64,000 bases of DNA from an uncultured Collinsella sp. (GCA_902470345.1 CABRGB010000004.1:628-64627), one strand, 5' to 3'. Shown: positions 31,107 through 42,719, counted from the stretch's first letter. Notes: generated by a model not told the origin, from the sequence alone. Made by a program: numbers and translations.

Positions 31107-31901
31107 GTGCAATACGACGAGCATAAACTGGTCGAGTACTTTGCCGACGCCCCTGCGGGCGTCGGTTTTTCCGACCTTGACCTCAATAACATTCCGCACC
31201 ATATTTCGTGCATCATGGACGGCAACGGCCGTTGGGCCACGGCGCGCGGTCTTGCCCGCACCGAAGGCCACAAGGCCGGCATCGTCTCGCTGCGCGAGAT
31301 CATTACCGCCTGCGTGCGCCTGGGCGTCGACGTGCTTTCGGCCTATGCATTTTCGACCGAAAACTGGAATCGCCCGCAGCACGAAGTCAACGTTCTGATG
31401 CACCTGTTTGCCAAGACGTTTATCGATGAGCTACCGCTGCTTAAGCGCGAGAATGTTCGCGTTGTCTTTTTGGGCGATATTTCCGCGCTGCCCAAGAAGA
31501 CCCGCGACGTCTTTGAGCGCGGCCTTGCCGAGTGCGCCGACCATACCGGTATGACGCTGGCGTTGGCCGTTAACTACGGTGCCCGTGCTGAGATCACCCG
31601 CGCTGTCCGCCAGATCGCACTTGATGCGGCTGCCGGCAAGATTGATCCCGCCGCGGTTGACGACAATATGGTGGCTTCGCACCTGTACACCGCCGGTCTT
31701 CCCGATCCGGAGCTCGTGATTCGCACTTCTGGTGAGCTGCGGCTTTCGAACTATCTGCTGTGGCAGGTTGCTTATTCTGAGTTCTATGTCACTGATACCT
31801 ATTGGCCAGACTTTGATCGTTGGGGCCTTGTCGACGCCATTTTGGCCTTCCAGGGTCGCGACCGTAGGTTTGGTGGACTGAGCAAGACCGAGGAGGCTTA
31901 A
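31107..31901 (+). CDS. uppS: Undecaprenyl/isoprenyl diphosphate synthase
   Basis: IMDGNGRWA, YAFSTENWNRP, IRTSGELRLSNYLLWQ. Confidence 0.96.
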   Translation: MQYDEHKLVEYFADAPAGVGFSDLDLNNIPHHISCIMDGNGRWATARGLARTEGHKAGIVSLREIITACVRLGVDVLSAYAFSTENWNRPQHEVNVLMHLFAKTFIDELPLLKRENVRVVFLGDISALPKKTRDVFERGLAECADHTGMTLALAVNYGARAEITRAVRQIALDAAAGKIDPAAVDDNMVASHLYTAGLPDPELVIRTSGELRLSNYLLWQVAYSEFYVTDTYWPDFDRWGLVDAILAFQGRDRRFGGLSKTEEA

Positions 31902-31903
31902 TC

Positions 31904-32818
31904 GTGTCCGAACGTCCCAAGGCATCCGCTCCCAAGGCACCTACTTCCGCGACGCCCGCGCGTAAGGCTGCCGCTGCAGGAGCGCCTGCAGCGAAGGGCA
32001 GCTCCGGGTCGTGGTTGGCGGGCTTTATCACCCGTGCCGCCGCCGGTATCGTCTATGCCGTTGTCTTTATCCTGTGCCTGGTTTTGGGTATTGTGCCCAC
32101 GGCCATCTTCGTGTCCGTCATGAGCGGTCTGTGCTGCTACGAGTTCTTCCGCATGACGAGGCTCGACGGCAAGGTTGCCAACGAGCGCCTTGGTATCGCT
32201 GCCGCCGTGCTCTTTCCGCTCTCGGCTCTGGGCGATTCGCTGCTATTGAACGCCCTGCTGTTCGCTTTGATGCTTGCGGTCGGTATCTGGTATGTCTGGT
32301 CTCCGCGCACGCGCATCTCTGACGTTGCCGTGACGCTCATGGGCCCTATCTACACTGGCTTTATGCTGTCGGCTATCGTGCTGCTGCGCGATGCCGTGCC
32401 CGGTTTTGCCGGCGCCCTGCTTTCGGTGGGCGTTTGCGCGTCCCTTTGGCTCTCCGATTCGTTTGCCTACATCGTGGGCAGCCGCATCGGCAAGCATAAG
32501 ATGGTTCCCAAGATCTCTCCCAAAAAGAGCTGGGAGGGCTTTGTCGGCGGCATTTTGGGCTCGGTTCTCATCTGGCTCATCCTGTGGGCAACGCACTTCT
32601 ATAAGCTGAGCCTGCCCTATGCACTGCTGTGCGGCGTGGTCGTCTCCATCCTGGGCGTTATCGGTGACCTCATCGAGTCGCGTATCAAGCGCGGTGTGGG
32701 CGTCAAAGATTCCGGTAATCTCATCCCCGGCCACGGCGGTATGCTCGACCGCAGCGATTCGCTCATCTTTGGCTGCATTACCGCGCAGCTGCTGCTGATG
32801 ATTGGAGGCGTGCTGTAA
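31904..32818 (+). CDS. cdsA: Phosphatidate cytidylyltransferase
   Basis: Multi-TM; ISPKKSWEG, GDLIESRIKR.VGVKDSG.LIPGHGGMLDR.DS. Confidence 0.95.
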   Translation: MSERPKASAPKAPTSATPARKAAAAGAPAAKGSSGSWLAGFITRAAAGIVYAVVFILCLVLGIVPTAIFVSVMSGLCCYEFFRMTRLDGKVANERLGIAAAVLFPLSALGDSLLLNALLFALMLAVGIWYVWSPRTRISDVAVTLMGPIYTGFMLSAIVLLRDAVPGFAGALLSVGVCASLWLSDSFAYIVGSRIGKHKMVPKISPKKSWEGFVGGILGSVLIWLILWATHFYKLSLPYALLCGVVVSILGVIGDLIESRIKRGVGVKDSGNLIPGHGGMLDRSDSLIFGCITAQLLLMIGGVL

Positions 32819-34005
32819 TGGCTTATCAGACCACCTACGGTCCCGACGGGCGTCTTCGTGTTGCCATTCTGGGCTGTACGGGTTCTATCGGCACTCAGGC
32901 GCTCGACGTGTGCCGTCAGCATGCCGATCGACTGCAGGTGTCGGCGCTGTCCGTTAACTCCAGCACCTCCGAGCTCGTTGCCGCTGCCCGTGAGTTCTCG
33001 GTTCCGGCGGTTGCTGTGGCGGACGCCTCCCATGGCGTCGACGCGGTACTGCGGGAACTGCCCGAGGGCACGGAGCTCGGCGTTGGCGCGCAGGCCGTGT
33101 GCGAGCTTGCACGCCGCGATGATGTCGATTGCGTGCTCGTGGCCATCGTGGGCGCTGCCGGTCTCGAGGCGAGCCATGCTGCCCTGACCTCGAACAAGCG
33201 TCTTGCCCTGGCCAACAAGGAGTCGCTCGTTGTCGGTGGCGATCTGCTGATGCCGTTGGCGCAACCGGGTCAGCTTATCCCGGTCGACTCCGAGCATTCT
33301 GCCATCTACCAGTGCTATCTGGGCGAGAATCCGCGCGAGGCTCACTGCATTTGGCTTACATGCTCGGGCGGCCCGTTCTTTGGCCGCACGCGTGACGAGC
33401 TCGATCGCGTGACGCGTGCCGATGCCCTGGCGCATCCTACGTGGGCTATGGGTGCCAAGATCACGATTGACTCCGCCACCCTCATGAACAAAGGTCTGGA
33501 GCGTATCGAGGCCATGCATCTGTTTGGCTGCGATCTCGATTTCATTAACGTGGTCGTGCAGCGCCAGTCTAAGATTCACTCCATGGTCGAGTTTGCCGAC
33601 GGCTCTGTGATGGCGCATCTCGGTGCCTCCGACATGCGCATTCCCATCCAGTTTGCCTTCTCGTATCCTGAGCGTTGGGATACGCCGGCTCCGCGTATCG
33701 ATTTCCGCGAGTTGGGTCAGCTTACCTTTGACGCGGCCGATATGGATACCTTCCGCTGCCTTGCGCTGGCCGAGCGTGCCGGCAAGACGGGCGGCACCAT
33801 GCCGTGCGTGCTCAATGCCGCCAACGAGGTCGCCGTCGATGCCTTCCTGCATGATGGCTGCAGCCTTACCGATATCGACCGCATTGTGGAATCCTGCATG
33901 GATGCTCACGATTCGCAGACGGTCGATTCGTTTGAACAGCTTCGCGATATCGATGGCTGGGCGCGTAAAAAGGCCGCGCAGGTGCTCGCCGCAACCCATT
34001 CTTAA
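32818..34005 (+). CDS. dxr: 1-deoxy-D-xylulose-5-phosphate reductoisomerase
   Basis: LGCTGSIG, LANKESL, PVDSEHSA, HPTWAMGAKITIDSATLMNKGLE. Confidence 0.97.
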   Translation: MAYQTTYGPDGRLRVAILGCTGSIGTQALDVCRQHADRLQVSALSVNSSTSELVAAAREFSVPAVAVADASHGVDAVLRELPEGTELGVGAQAVCELARRDDVDCVLVAIVGAAGLEASHAALTSNKRLALANKESLVVGGDLLMPLAQPGQLIPVDSEHSAIYQCYLGENPREAHCIWLTCSGGPFFGRTRDELDRVTRADALAHPTWAMGAKITIDSATLMNKGLERIEAMHLFGCDLDFINVVVQRQSKIHSMVEFADGSVMAHLGASDMRIPIQFAFSYPERWDTPAPRIDFRELGQLTFDAADMDTFRCLALAERAGKTGGTMPCVLNAANEVAVDAFLHDGCSLTDIDRIVESCMDAHDSQTVDSFEQLRDIDGWARKKAAQVLAATHS

Positions 34006-34030
34006 CCCATAAGGATTGCTTTTTCGTTTT

Positions 34031-35392
34031 ATGGATACTGTTCTGAGCGTTCTCTCATCGGTCTTTTGGGGCCTGCTGATGCTTTCCGTCCTCGTGTTTT
34101 TGCACGAGGGCGGCCACTTTTTGGCGGCGCGTGCCTGCGGTGTCCGCGTGACTGAGTTCTTTTTGGGCCTGCCGTGTCGCTTTGATATCCACCACACGTC
34201 TCGTCGCATCGGCACCAAGTTTGGCGTGACGCCGCTGCTGCTGGGTGGCTATGCTGCCATCTGTGGCATGGATCCGACCGATGTCTCGTGTGCCGATCGC
34301 GTGCTTGCTGCCATCTATCGCCACGGCCGTGTGACGGTGGCCGATCTTGCCGTTGAGCTCGAGCTGTCCGAGGAGGATGTTCTCGAGGCCTGTGCTTTGC
34401 TGTTGGGCTGGGGCTCCATCGCCCCCTGGTATGAAGAAGGGGAAAAGCCTTCGCCCAGTTACTATCCCACCAAGTACCAGACCCTGCCGCGCGATGCTGC
34501 AGGATATACCACCTTTGACGGTCGCAAGTTCGATCGAGAGCATGCGACTGCCGAGGGCGATGTATGGGAACTGCCGTGCGGCGAGGCCGAATTCCTTGCA
34601 CGCGAGCGCTCGCACACCTATTTGGGCCAGGGCTTTGTCAAGCGTGCCTTTATGCTGCTTGCGGGCATTATCGTCAATATCCTGACGGGCTTTTTGCTCC
34701 TTATGAGCATCTATTCCATCGCAGGTGTCACGGTACCGGTGGATACCAATGTGATTGGCCAGGTTGACGAAGGCTCGATTGCCGCCGCGGCGGGAATCGA
34801 GGGCGGCGACGCGATCCTTTCGGTCGACGGAGTATCGTGCTCTACCTGGATGGACGTTTACGATGCCATTGGCAAGGCTGCCGGTAAGGACGATATCGCC
34901 ATCGAGTACGAGCGTGACGGCAAGCGGCATTCGACCACGGTTGCGCTCAAAGAGGACGAGCGCCTAGGTGTGTATGCCTCTACGCAGGTGGTCCGTTTGG
35001 ACCCCATCACGTCGGCTCGCCTGTCGTTCTCCTATGTCGTGCAGACGGCGGAGGGCGTGATGCGCCTGCTCCAGCCGCAGCATACGATGGAGATTCTCGA
35101 TCAGTCCTCTTCGATCGTGGGTATTAGCGTTATGTCCTCACAGGCTGCTGCCGCCGGCCCTGCTACGTTCCTTTCGTTTGCCGCCCTCATTTCGTTCTCG
35201 CTTGGCTTTATGAACCTGCTGCCCATCCCACCGCTCGATGGCGGCAAGCTGGTCATCGAGATCATTCAAAAGATTGCGGGCCGCGAGCTTCCGCTCAAGG
35301 TCCAGACGATTGTGAGCTATGTGGGCATCGCGCTCTTTGCGCTGCTGTTTGTCTATATGCTTCGTTCCGACGTCCTTCGATTTATTCTGTAG
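34031..35392 (+). CDS. rseP: M50 family intramembrane metalloprotease RseP with one PDZ domain and an extra insertion
   Basis: HEGGH, GGY, PDZ (SIAAAAGIEGGDAILSVDG), NLLPIPPLDGG; dxr-rseP-ispG order. Confidence 0.9.
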   Translation: MDTVLSVLSSVFWGLLMLSVLVFLHEGGHFLAARACGVRVTEFFLGLPCRFDIHHTSRRIGTKFGVTPLLLGGYAAICGMDPTDVSCADRVLAAIYRHGRVTVADLAVELELSEEDVLEACALLLGWGSIAPWYEEGEKPSPSYYPTKYQTLPRDAAGYTTFDGRKFDREHATAEGDVWELPCGEAEFLARERSHTYLGQGFVKRAFMLLAGIIVNILTGFLLLMSIYSIAGVTVPVDTNVIGQVDEGSIAAAAGIEGGDAILSVDGVSCSTWMDVYDAIGKAAGKDDIAIEYERDGKRHSTTVALKEDERLGVYASTQVVRLDPITSARLSFSYVVQTAEGVMRLLQPQHTMEILDQSSSIVGISVMSSQAAAAGPATFLSFAALISFSLGFMNLLPIPPLDGGKLVIEIIQKIAGRELPLKVQTIVSYVGIALFALLFVYMLRSDVLRFIL

Positions 35393-35405
35393 GGGAGTGT
35401 TTGGA

Positions 35406-36488
35406 TTGTCTTTATCCCATCCTTTGCCTCGCGAGCTGACGCGCCCCGTGCATGTGGGTGGCGTGCAGATCGGTGGCGGCGCGCCGGTGGTGGTCCAGTC
35501 CATGACCTGCACCGATACCGCTGATGCCCAGGCAACGCTTGCGCAAGTGCGCGTGTTGTCGCAGGCTGGCTGCGATATCGTGCGCGTGAGCGTGCCTACC
35601 GAGGCCGCGCTTGAGGGTTTCCGCACCATCTGTGCCGAGTCTCCGGTGCCGATTGTCGCCGATATCCACTTTAACCATAAGCTCGCTATTGGTGCCGTTG
35701 AGGCCGGTGCTGCCAAGCTGCGCATCAATCCCGGTAATATCGGCGATTGGGCCAAGGTTGACGCGGTGATCGATGCTGCGGGTGCCGCGGGCTGCGCAAT
35801 TCGTATCGGCGTCAATGCCGGTTCGCTTGAGAAGGATATCGCCGAGCGCGACGACCTCACGCAGCCCGAAAAGCTCGTGATGTCGAGCGAGCGCTTTGTG
35901 CGGCACTTTGAGGATCGTGGGTTTACCAACATAGTGCTTTCCGCCAAGGCCCATAGCGTACAGACGACGCTCGATACCTATCGAGCCCTGTCGCGTGAGA
36001 TTCCCCACGTTCCACTTCACCTGGGCGTAACCGAGGCGGGTACCAAGCTGCAGGGCACCATCAAGAGCTCGGTGGGCCTTGGTATCCTGCTGTCTGAGGG
36101 TATTGGCGACACCATGCGCGTCTCGCTTACGGCCGATCCGGTTGAGGAGCCGCCGGTCGCCTGGGGAATTTTGCAGTCGCTGGGCCTGCGTCGCCGTGGT
36201 CCCGAGATTGTCTCGTGCCCCACGTGCGCCCGCTGCCAGGTTAACCTGATCGCAATCGCTGAGGAAGTAACCGAGCGGCTTAAGAACTATGCCGCGCCGC
36301 TTTCGATTGCCGTCATGGGATGTGCCGTTAATGGCCCCGGTGAGGCTTCTGATGCCGACCTGGGCGTTGCTTGCGGACGTGGTCAGGCTCTGCTCTTTTC
36401 GCACGGCCAGATCATTGGTAAAGTAGCTGAGGATCAAATTGTCGACGCGCTTATGGCCGAGGTCGACAAGCTTATTGAGGAGAAATAA
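35406..36488 (+). CDS. ispG: HMBPP synthase IspG
   Basis: PVVVQSMT, ADIHF, RINPGNIG, IRIGVNAGSL, HLGVTEAG, SCPTCARC, MGCAVNGPGE; TTG start inferred from RBS. Confidence 0.96.
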   Translation: MSLSHPLPRELTRPVHVGGVQIGGGAPVVVQSMTCTDTADAQATLAQVRVLSQAGCDIVRVSVPTEAALEGFRTICAESPVPIVADIHFNHKLAIGAVEAGAAKLRINPGNIGDWAKVDAVIDAAGAAGCAIRIGVNAGSLEKDIAERDDLTQPEKLVMSSERFVRHFEDRGFTNIVLSAKAHSVQTTLDTYRALSREIPHVPLHLGVTEAGTKLQGTIKSSVGLGILLSEGIGDTMRVSLTADPVEEPPVAWGILQSLGLRRRGPEIVSCPTCARCQVNLIAIAEEVTERLKNYAAPLSIAVMGCAVNGPGEASDADLGVACGRGQALLFSHGQIIGKVAEDQIVDALMAEVDKLIEEK

Positions 36489-38210
<1,722 letters not shown>

Positions 38211-38240
38211 TCGACGATTTCGCTTGTAGTTCGATATACG

Positions 38241-38289
38241 GGACGGCCCCGCATTTCTCCAGATCGGGGAGATGCGGGGCCGTCCTTTT
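38241..38289 (+). terminator. Intrinsic terminator after proS
   Basis: GGACGGCCCCGCATTTCTCC...GGGGAGATGCGGGGCCGTCC then TTTT. Confidence 0.8.
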
Positions 38290-38313
38290 ATCTTGTCGGC
38301 GTGCTCAATCGCT

Positions 38314-38360
38314 AAAAGGAAAAACCCCACAGCCCATATGAGCTGCGGGGTTTTTCCTTT
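38314..38360 (-). terminator. Terminator for the convergent adhE-kinase transcript
   Basis: AAAGGAAAAACCCC.CAGC...GCTG.GGGGTTTTTCCTTT hairpin with A/T tracts on both sides. Confidence 0.7.
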
Positions 38361-38392
38361 GTGCCTCCGATGCGAAATGAATCGCTCAGATA

Positions 38393-39157
38393 TTACTGAT
38401 AATCGACGACGTCGATCCAGTTCTTAAGGAACTCATCGTTTACGTTGCGCTTACGAGCGAGCTCGGAAGCGGCGACGATGCTCGTCCACTGACGCACGAC
38501 CTGCATGGGCATGTCGGCGCGGTCGCAGTAGAGCTCCAGGTAGGCCTCGGCCTGATCCTTGCTGTTGAGGGCAAAGAGCAGGTAGGTGGTGGCAACGTCG
38601 GCAGCAGGGGAGCCTTGGGTGGCGTGTGCCCAGTCGCAGACGTACAGCTGGCCGTCGTCGCCGACGATGACGTTGGAGGGGTTGAAGTCGCCGTGGCAGA
38701 CCTTGAACTCCTTGGTCATGCCGTCCAGACGCTCCTGAAGGTTGTAGCGCGTGGTGGCATTGAGCTGATCGAGGCTGTCGATCATGCGGGCGAACTTGTC
38801 GCGCTGACGGTTGAGCAGCGGGGAGGTGTAGCCGTGGATCTCGATCTGGAGGTCGACGAACATCTCGAGGTACTCACCAAAGCGCTGGGGCTCGGCAGTC
38901 ATCTTGTCGGCAAGGGTGGTGCCCGGAACCTTCTCGGTCACGAGCGCCCAGCCGTTGGCGTTCTCGAGCTGAGAAACCTCGAGAGCCTTGGGGCTGCGGA
39001 TGCCGCACTCATTGATGCGGGCAAGATTCAAAGCCTCGTTGAACACGTCGGAGACAGGCTTGGTCTCGTTAAAGACCTTGACGATCTTGTCGCCCAGGTC
39101 GTAAACGACCTTGTTGCCACGGCGGACGAGCTCGGTCTTGGAATCGGGTAGCAGCAT
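38393..39157 (-). CDS. APH/choline-kinase-like phosphotransferase of unknown substrate
   Basis: IVKVF, HGDFNPSNVI (Brenner motif), DW, GSPAADVA. Confidence 0.8.
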   Translation of the reverse strand: MLLPDSKTELVRRGNKVVYDLGDKIVKVFNETKPVSDVFNEALNLARINECGIRSPKALEVSQLENANGWALVTEKVPGTTLADKMTAEPQRFGEYLEMFVDLQIEIHGYTSPLLNRQRDKFARMIDSLDQLNATTRYNLQERLDGMTKEFKVCHGDFNPSNVIVGDDGQLYVCDWAHATQGSPAADVATTYLLFALNSKDQAEAYLELYCDRADMPMQVVRQWTSIVAASELARKRNVNDEFLKNWIDVVDYQ

Positions 39158-39245
39158 GGTTGCATCCTTTCAACGATGCGATAGAAGCGACGGCGGGGGT
39201 GTGTGAAACACCCGTGCACCCCCGCCGTTAAAAACCGTGCTAAAA

Positions 39246-41894
39246 CTAGCAGACGGCGTAGTCCTGGGGCTCGCGGCCGTAGTAGGCGTCCAGGTAGAGC
39301 TCCTTGATCTCGCTCATGAGCGGGTAGCGCGGGTTTGCGCCGGTGCACTGGTCGTTGAATGCCTGCTCGGTCATCTCGTCGAGGGTGTCGAGGAAGTACT
39401 GCTCGTCAACGCCGTACTCAGCGATGGTGTGCTTGACACCGATGAAGTCGCAGAGCTCGGTGAGCTTGGCGATGAAGTTCTCGAAGACCTCACGGTCGTC
39501 CTTGCCGTCGATGCCGCAGTAACGAGCCATCTCGGCATAGTTGTGCAGCGCGTTGGGGTAAGGATACTGAGAGAAGGTTCCCATCTTGACAGGAGCCTCG
39601 GCGGCGTTGTAACGCATGACGCGGGTCAGGATGACTGCGTTTGCGAGGCCGTGGGGCAGATGGTGGAAAGCGCCGAGCTTGTGGGCCATGGAGTGGTTGA
39701 GGCCCAGGAAGGCGTTACCGAATGCCATACCGGCCATGCAGGATGCGTTGTGCATCTCCTCGCGGGCATGCGGGTCCTTAGCGCCGTTCGTGAAGCTGGA
39801 GGGCAGGTTCTCAAAGACGAGCTTGGCGGCGCGTTCGGAGAGGCCCTTGGTGTAGTCGGAAGCCATGATGGAGACGTAGGACTCGATGGCGTGGGTCATG
39901 ACGTCGATGCCAGAGGCAGCGGTGAGGCCCTTCGGGGCGGTCATGCAGTTGTCGGCGTCGACGATAGCCATGTTGGGGAGCAGCGCGTAGTCGGCGAGCG
40001 GCCACTTGATGCCGGTCTCCTTGTCGGTGATGATGGCGAACGGCGTGCACTCGGAGCCAGTGCCCGAAGAGGTCGGGACGGCGACGAAGTAAGCCTTCTT
40101 GCCCATCTCGGGGAAGGTGAAGATGCGCTTGCGGATGTCCATGAAGTCCATGGCCATGTCCTCGAAGTTCGCCTCGGGGTGCTCGTACATCATCCACATG
40201 ATCTTGCCGGCGTCCATTGCGGAACCGCCGCCGACGGCGATGATGACATCCGGCTCGAAGAGCGTCATCTGCTTGGCGCCGCGACGTGCACACTGCAGGG
40301 AGGGATCGGGCTCAACGTCGTAGAAGCAGTCGTGAGCGATGCCCATCTCATCGAGCTTGGCCTCGATGGCACGCGTGTTGCCATTCTTGAAGAGGAACTG
40401 GTCGGTAACGATGAAGGCGCGCTTCTTGCCCATTACGGTGCCGAGCTCGTCGAGTGCGACGGGCGTGCAGCCCTTCTTGAAGTAGACCTTCTCGGGTGCG
40501 CGGAACCACAGCATGTTCTCGCGGCGCTCTGCCACGGTCTTGACGTTGATCAAGTGCTTCACCCCAACGTTCTCGGAGACGGAGTTGCCACCCCAGGAGC
40601 CGCAGCCCAGGGTTAGAGACGGCTTCATGCCGAAGTTGTAGAGGTCACCGATGCCGCCGTGCGAGGACGGGGTGTTGATGACGATGCGGCAGGCCTTCAT
40701 GACGTGCTGGAACTTAGCGATCTTCTCGCTCTGTGCCGGGTGCACGTAGAGAGAGGCGGTGTGGCCCGGGCCACCTGCGAGGACGAGGTGCTCTGCCTTG
40801 TCAACGGCCTCCTGGAAGTCCTTGGCGTGATACATAGCGAGGACCGGGGAGAGCTTCTCGTGGGAGAACTCTTCCTTCTCGGGATCGGTGGAGGTGACCT
40901 CGGCGATCAGGATCTTGGTCTTGGCGGGAACCTCGATGCCGGCGAGCTCGGCGATCTTGGCGGCAGCCATGCCGGGGATGCGGTGATCGAGAGCGCCGTT
41001 CTTGAACATGGCGGCACGCAGGGCCTCCATCTCGGCACCCTGCTTGACGAAGTAGCAGCCGCGCTTCTGGAACTCGGCCTTGACCTGGTCATAGATGGTG
41101 TCGATGACGGTGACGGACTGCTCGGAAGCGCAGATCATGCCGTTGTCGAACGTCTTGGAGTGGATGATGGAGTTGACGGCGAGCTTGATGTCCGCGGTAT
41201 CGTCGATGATGACCGGGGTGTTGCCGGCGCCGACGCCGAGTGCGGGCTTACCGGAGGAGTAAGCAGCCTTAACCATGCCCGGGCCACCGGTTGCGAGAAT
41301 GATGTCGACGTCGCGCATGACCATGTTGGTCAGCTCGATGGACGGCTTGTCGACCCAGCCGATGATGCCCTCAGGAGCACCGGCCTTGACAGCTGCGTCG
41401 AGAACGAGCTTGGCGGCGGCGATGGTGCACTTGGCGGCTGCCGGGTGCGGGGAGATGATGATGGCGTTACGGGTCTTCAGGCAGATGAGCGTCTTGAAGA
41501 TGGCCGTGGAGGTCGGGTTGGTGGTCGGGATGACAGCGCCAACGATACCGATCGGCTCGGCGACCTTGGTGATGCCGTAAGCGTCGTCGCGCTCGATGAC
41601 ACCGCAGGTCTTGGTGTTCTTGTAAGCGTTGTAGATGTACTCAGCGGCGTAGTGGTTCTTGATGACCTTGTCCTCGAGAACGCCACGGCCGGTCTCCTCG
41701 ATGGCGAGCTTGGCCAAAGGAATACGAGCCTTGTTGGCGGCCATAGCAGCCTCGTAGAAGATCTTGTCTACCTGCTCCTGAGTGTACTCAGCGAATTTAG
41801 CCTGGGCCTCACGCATAGATTTGAGTTTGGCCTCAAGCGCCTCCACGTTGTCCACGATGGCGGGAGTAGTGTTTTCCGGTGACTTTTTCACCAT
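39246..41894 (-). CDS. adhE: Bifunctional acetaldehyde-CoA/alcohol dehydrogenase
   Basis: PTTNPTST, FDNGMICASEQ, EKLSP, GCGSWG linker, GGGSAMDAGK, HSMAHKLGAFHHLPHG. Confidence 0.97.
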   Translation of the reverse strand: MVKKSPENTTPAIVDNVEALEAKLKSMREAQAKFAEYTQEQVDKIFYEAAMAANKARIPLAKLAIEETGRGVLEDKVIKNHYAAEYIYNAYKNTKTCGVIERDDAYGITKVAEPIGIVGAVIPTTNPTSTAIFKTLICLKTRNAIIISPHPAAAKCTIAAAKLVLDAAVKAGAPEGIIGWVDKPSIELTNMVMRDVDIILATGGPGMVKAAYSSGKPALGVGAGNTPVIIDDTADIKLAVNSIIHSKTFDNGMICASEQSVTVIDTIYDQVKAEFQKRGCYFVKQGAEMEALRAAMFKNGALDHRIPGMAAAKIAELAGIEVPAKTKILIAEVTSTDPEKEEFSHEKLSPVLAMYHAKDFQEAVDKAEHLVLAGGPGHTASLYVHPAQSEKIAKFQHVMKACRIVINTPSSHGGIGDLYNFGMKPSLTLGCGSWGGNSVSENVGVKHLINVKTVAERRENMLWFRAPEKVYFKKGCTPVALDELGTVMGKKRAFIVTDQFLFKNGNTRAIEAKLDEMGIAHDCFYDVEPDPSLQCARRGAKQMTLFEPDVIIAVGGGSAMDAGKIMWMMYEHPEANFEDMAMDFMDIRKRIFTFPEMGKKAYFVAVPTSSGTGSECTPFAIITDKETGIKWPLADYALLPNMAIVDADNCMTAPKGLTAASGIDVMTHAIESYVSIMASDYTKGLSERAAKLVFENLPSSFTNGAKDPHAREEMHNASCMAGMAFGNAFLGLNHSMAHKLGAFHHLPHGLANAVILTRVMRYNAAEAPVKMGTFSQYPYPNALHNYAEMARYCGIDGKDDREVFENFIAKLTELCDFIGVKHTIAEYGVDEQYFLDTLDEMTEQAFNDQCTGANPRYPLMSEIKELYLDAYYGREPQDYAVC

Positions 41895-41934
41895 TTGTGT
41901 CTCCTTGCGATCGGAGATTTACCCTACGCCTTGC

Positions 41935-41943
41935 ATGATAGCA
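41935..41943 (-). promoter_or_regulatory. Extended -10 promoter element of adhE
   Basis: Minus strand TG-c-TATCAT about 40 nt upstream of the adhE ATG. Confidence 0.5.
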
Positions 41944-42036
41944 AGAAATTATTCGGCGAACGGTAAGATTCCCGTAAAAGGCACACTAAAACGCTTCAAC
42001 TAAATGAACCGTTTCAACTAATGCTGCATCGCCCCG

Positions 42037-42087
42037 CTCATTGGGGACAGACTTACATGAGTGCTTTCACTCATTTGGGACAGACAT
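42037..42087 (+). repeat. Left 51-bp inverted repeat (REP-like, two TGGGACAGAC-type cores)
   Basis: CTCATTGGGGACAGACTTACATGAGTGCTTTCACTCATTTGGGACAGACAT; reverse complement of 42750-42800 with 1 mismatch. Confidence 0.9.
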
Positions 42088-42719
42088 TGATTTGCCATTC
42101 TTGGTGCCTTATGGATAATCACTTCCATTTGATGGCTGATGACCCATGTGACAACCTTTCAAAGGCAATGCAGTGCGCACTGACGGCATATGCTAAATAT
42201 TTCAATGGGAAAACGGGGAGAACTGGGCATCTGTTTGACAATCGCTATTCGCGGGTCGCGGTTGAGTCGGACACGCAGGCAGTGCAGCTGCTCGATTATA
42301 TCCATCTCAATCCGGTGAAAGGTGCAATCAACTCACTCGAGGCGTACCGTTGGTCAAGCTACAAGGCATACCAGCTGGGCTACGATCCTTTTGATATTTG
42401 TGATGCAGCCCCTATGCTCGATATTGTCGGAGGCTCCCGTTGCTATTGCGACCATCTCAAGGAAGTTGCCGCGCACATCGGGTCAGTGGAGATTCTTCCG
42501 CGCCGGCGGATTCCCGATGAGGATGCCCTGGCCGTCGCGCGCGAAGCCCTGCCGAGCTTAGACCCTGCGCTGCTCAAGGCTCTGCCACGCCCCGAACGCG
42601 ATGCCTGTCTTCTGAGGCTCAGGCGGGCGCATCTCACGGTCAAGCAAATTGCCCGTATCACCGGTATCGGCGCTACAAGCGTGACCAAGGCCACCATAGG
42701 CTGGAATGAGGCAGCGTGA
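42087..42719 (+). pseudogene. RAYT/Y1 transposase, apparently lacking its N-terminal segment; C-terminal HTH
   Basis: WCLMDNHFHL (HUH), GHLFDNRY, YIHLNPVK (catalytic Tyr), YRWSSY, LTVKQIARITG; ORF-track start 42021 merely translates the repeat; the usual N-terminal YHV..RG..IF segment is absent. Confidence 0.7.

Noticed and set aside
38393..39157. Aminoglycoside resistance gene
   Set aside because: Only the generic kinase fold is evident; host-like codon usage and adhE linkage argue against an acquired resistance cassette.
42037..42087. CRISPR-like repeat-spacer unit
   Set aside because: Only two short cores per arm, arranged as an inverted pair around a transposase; no array and no cas genes.
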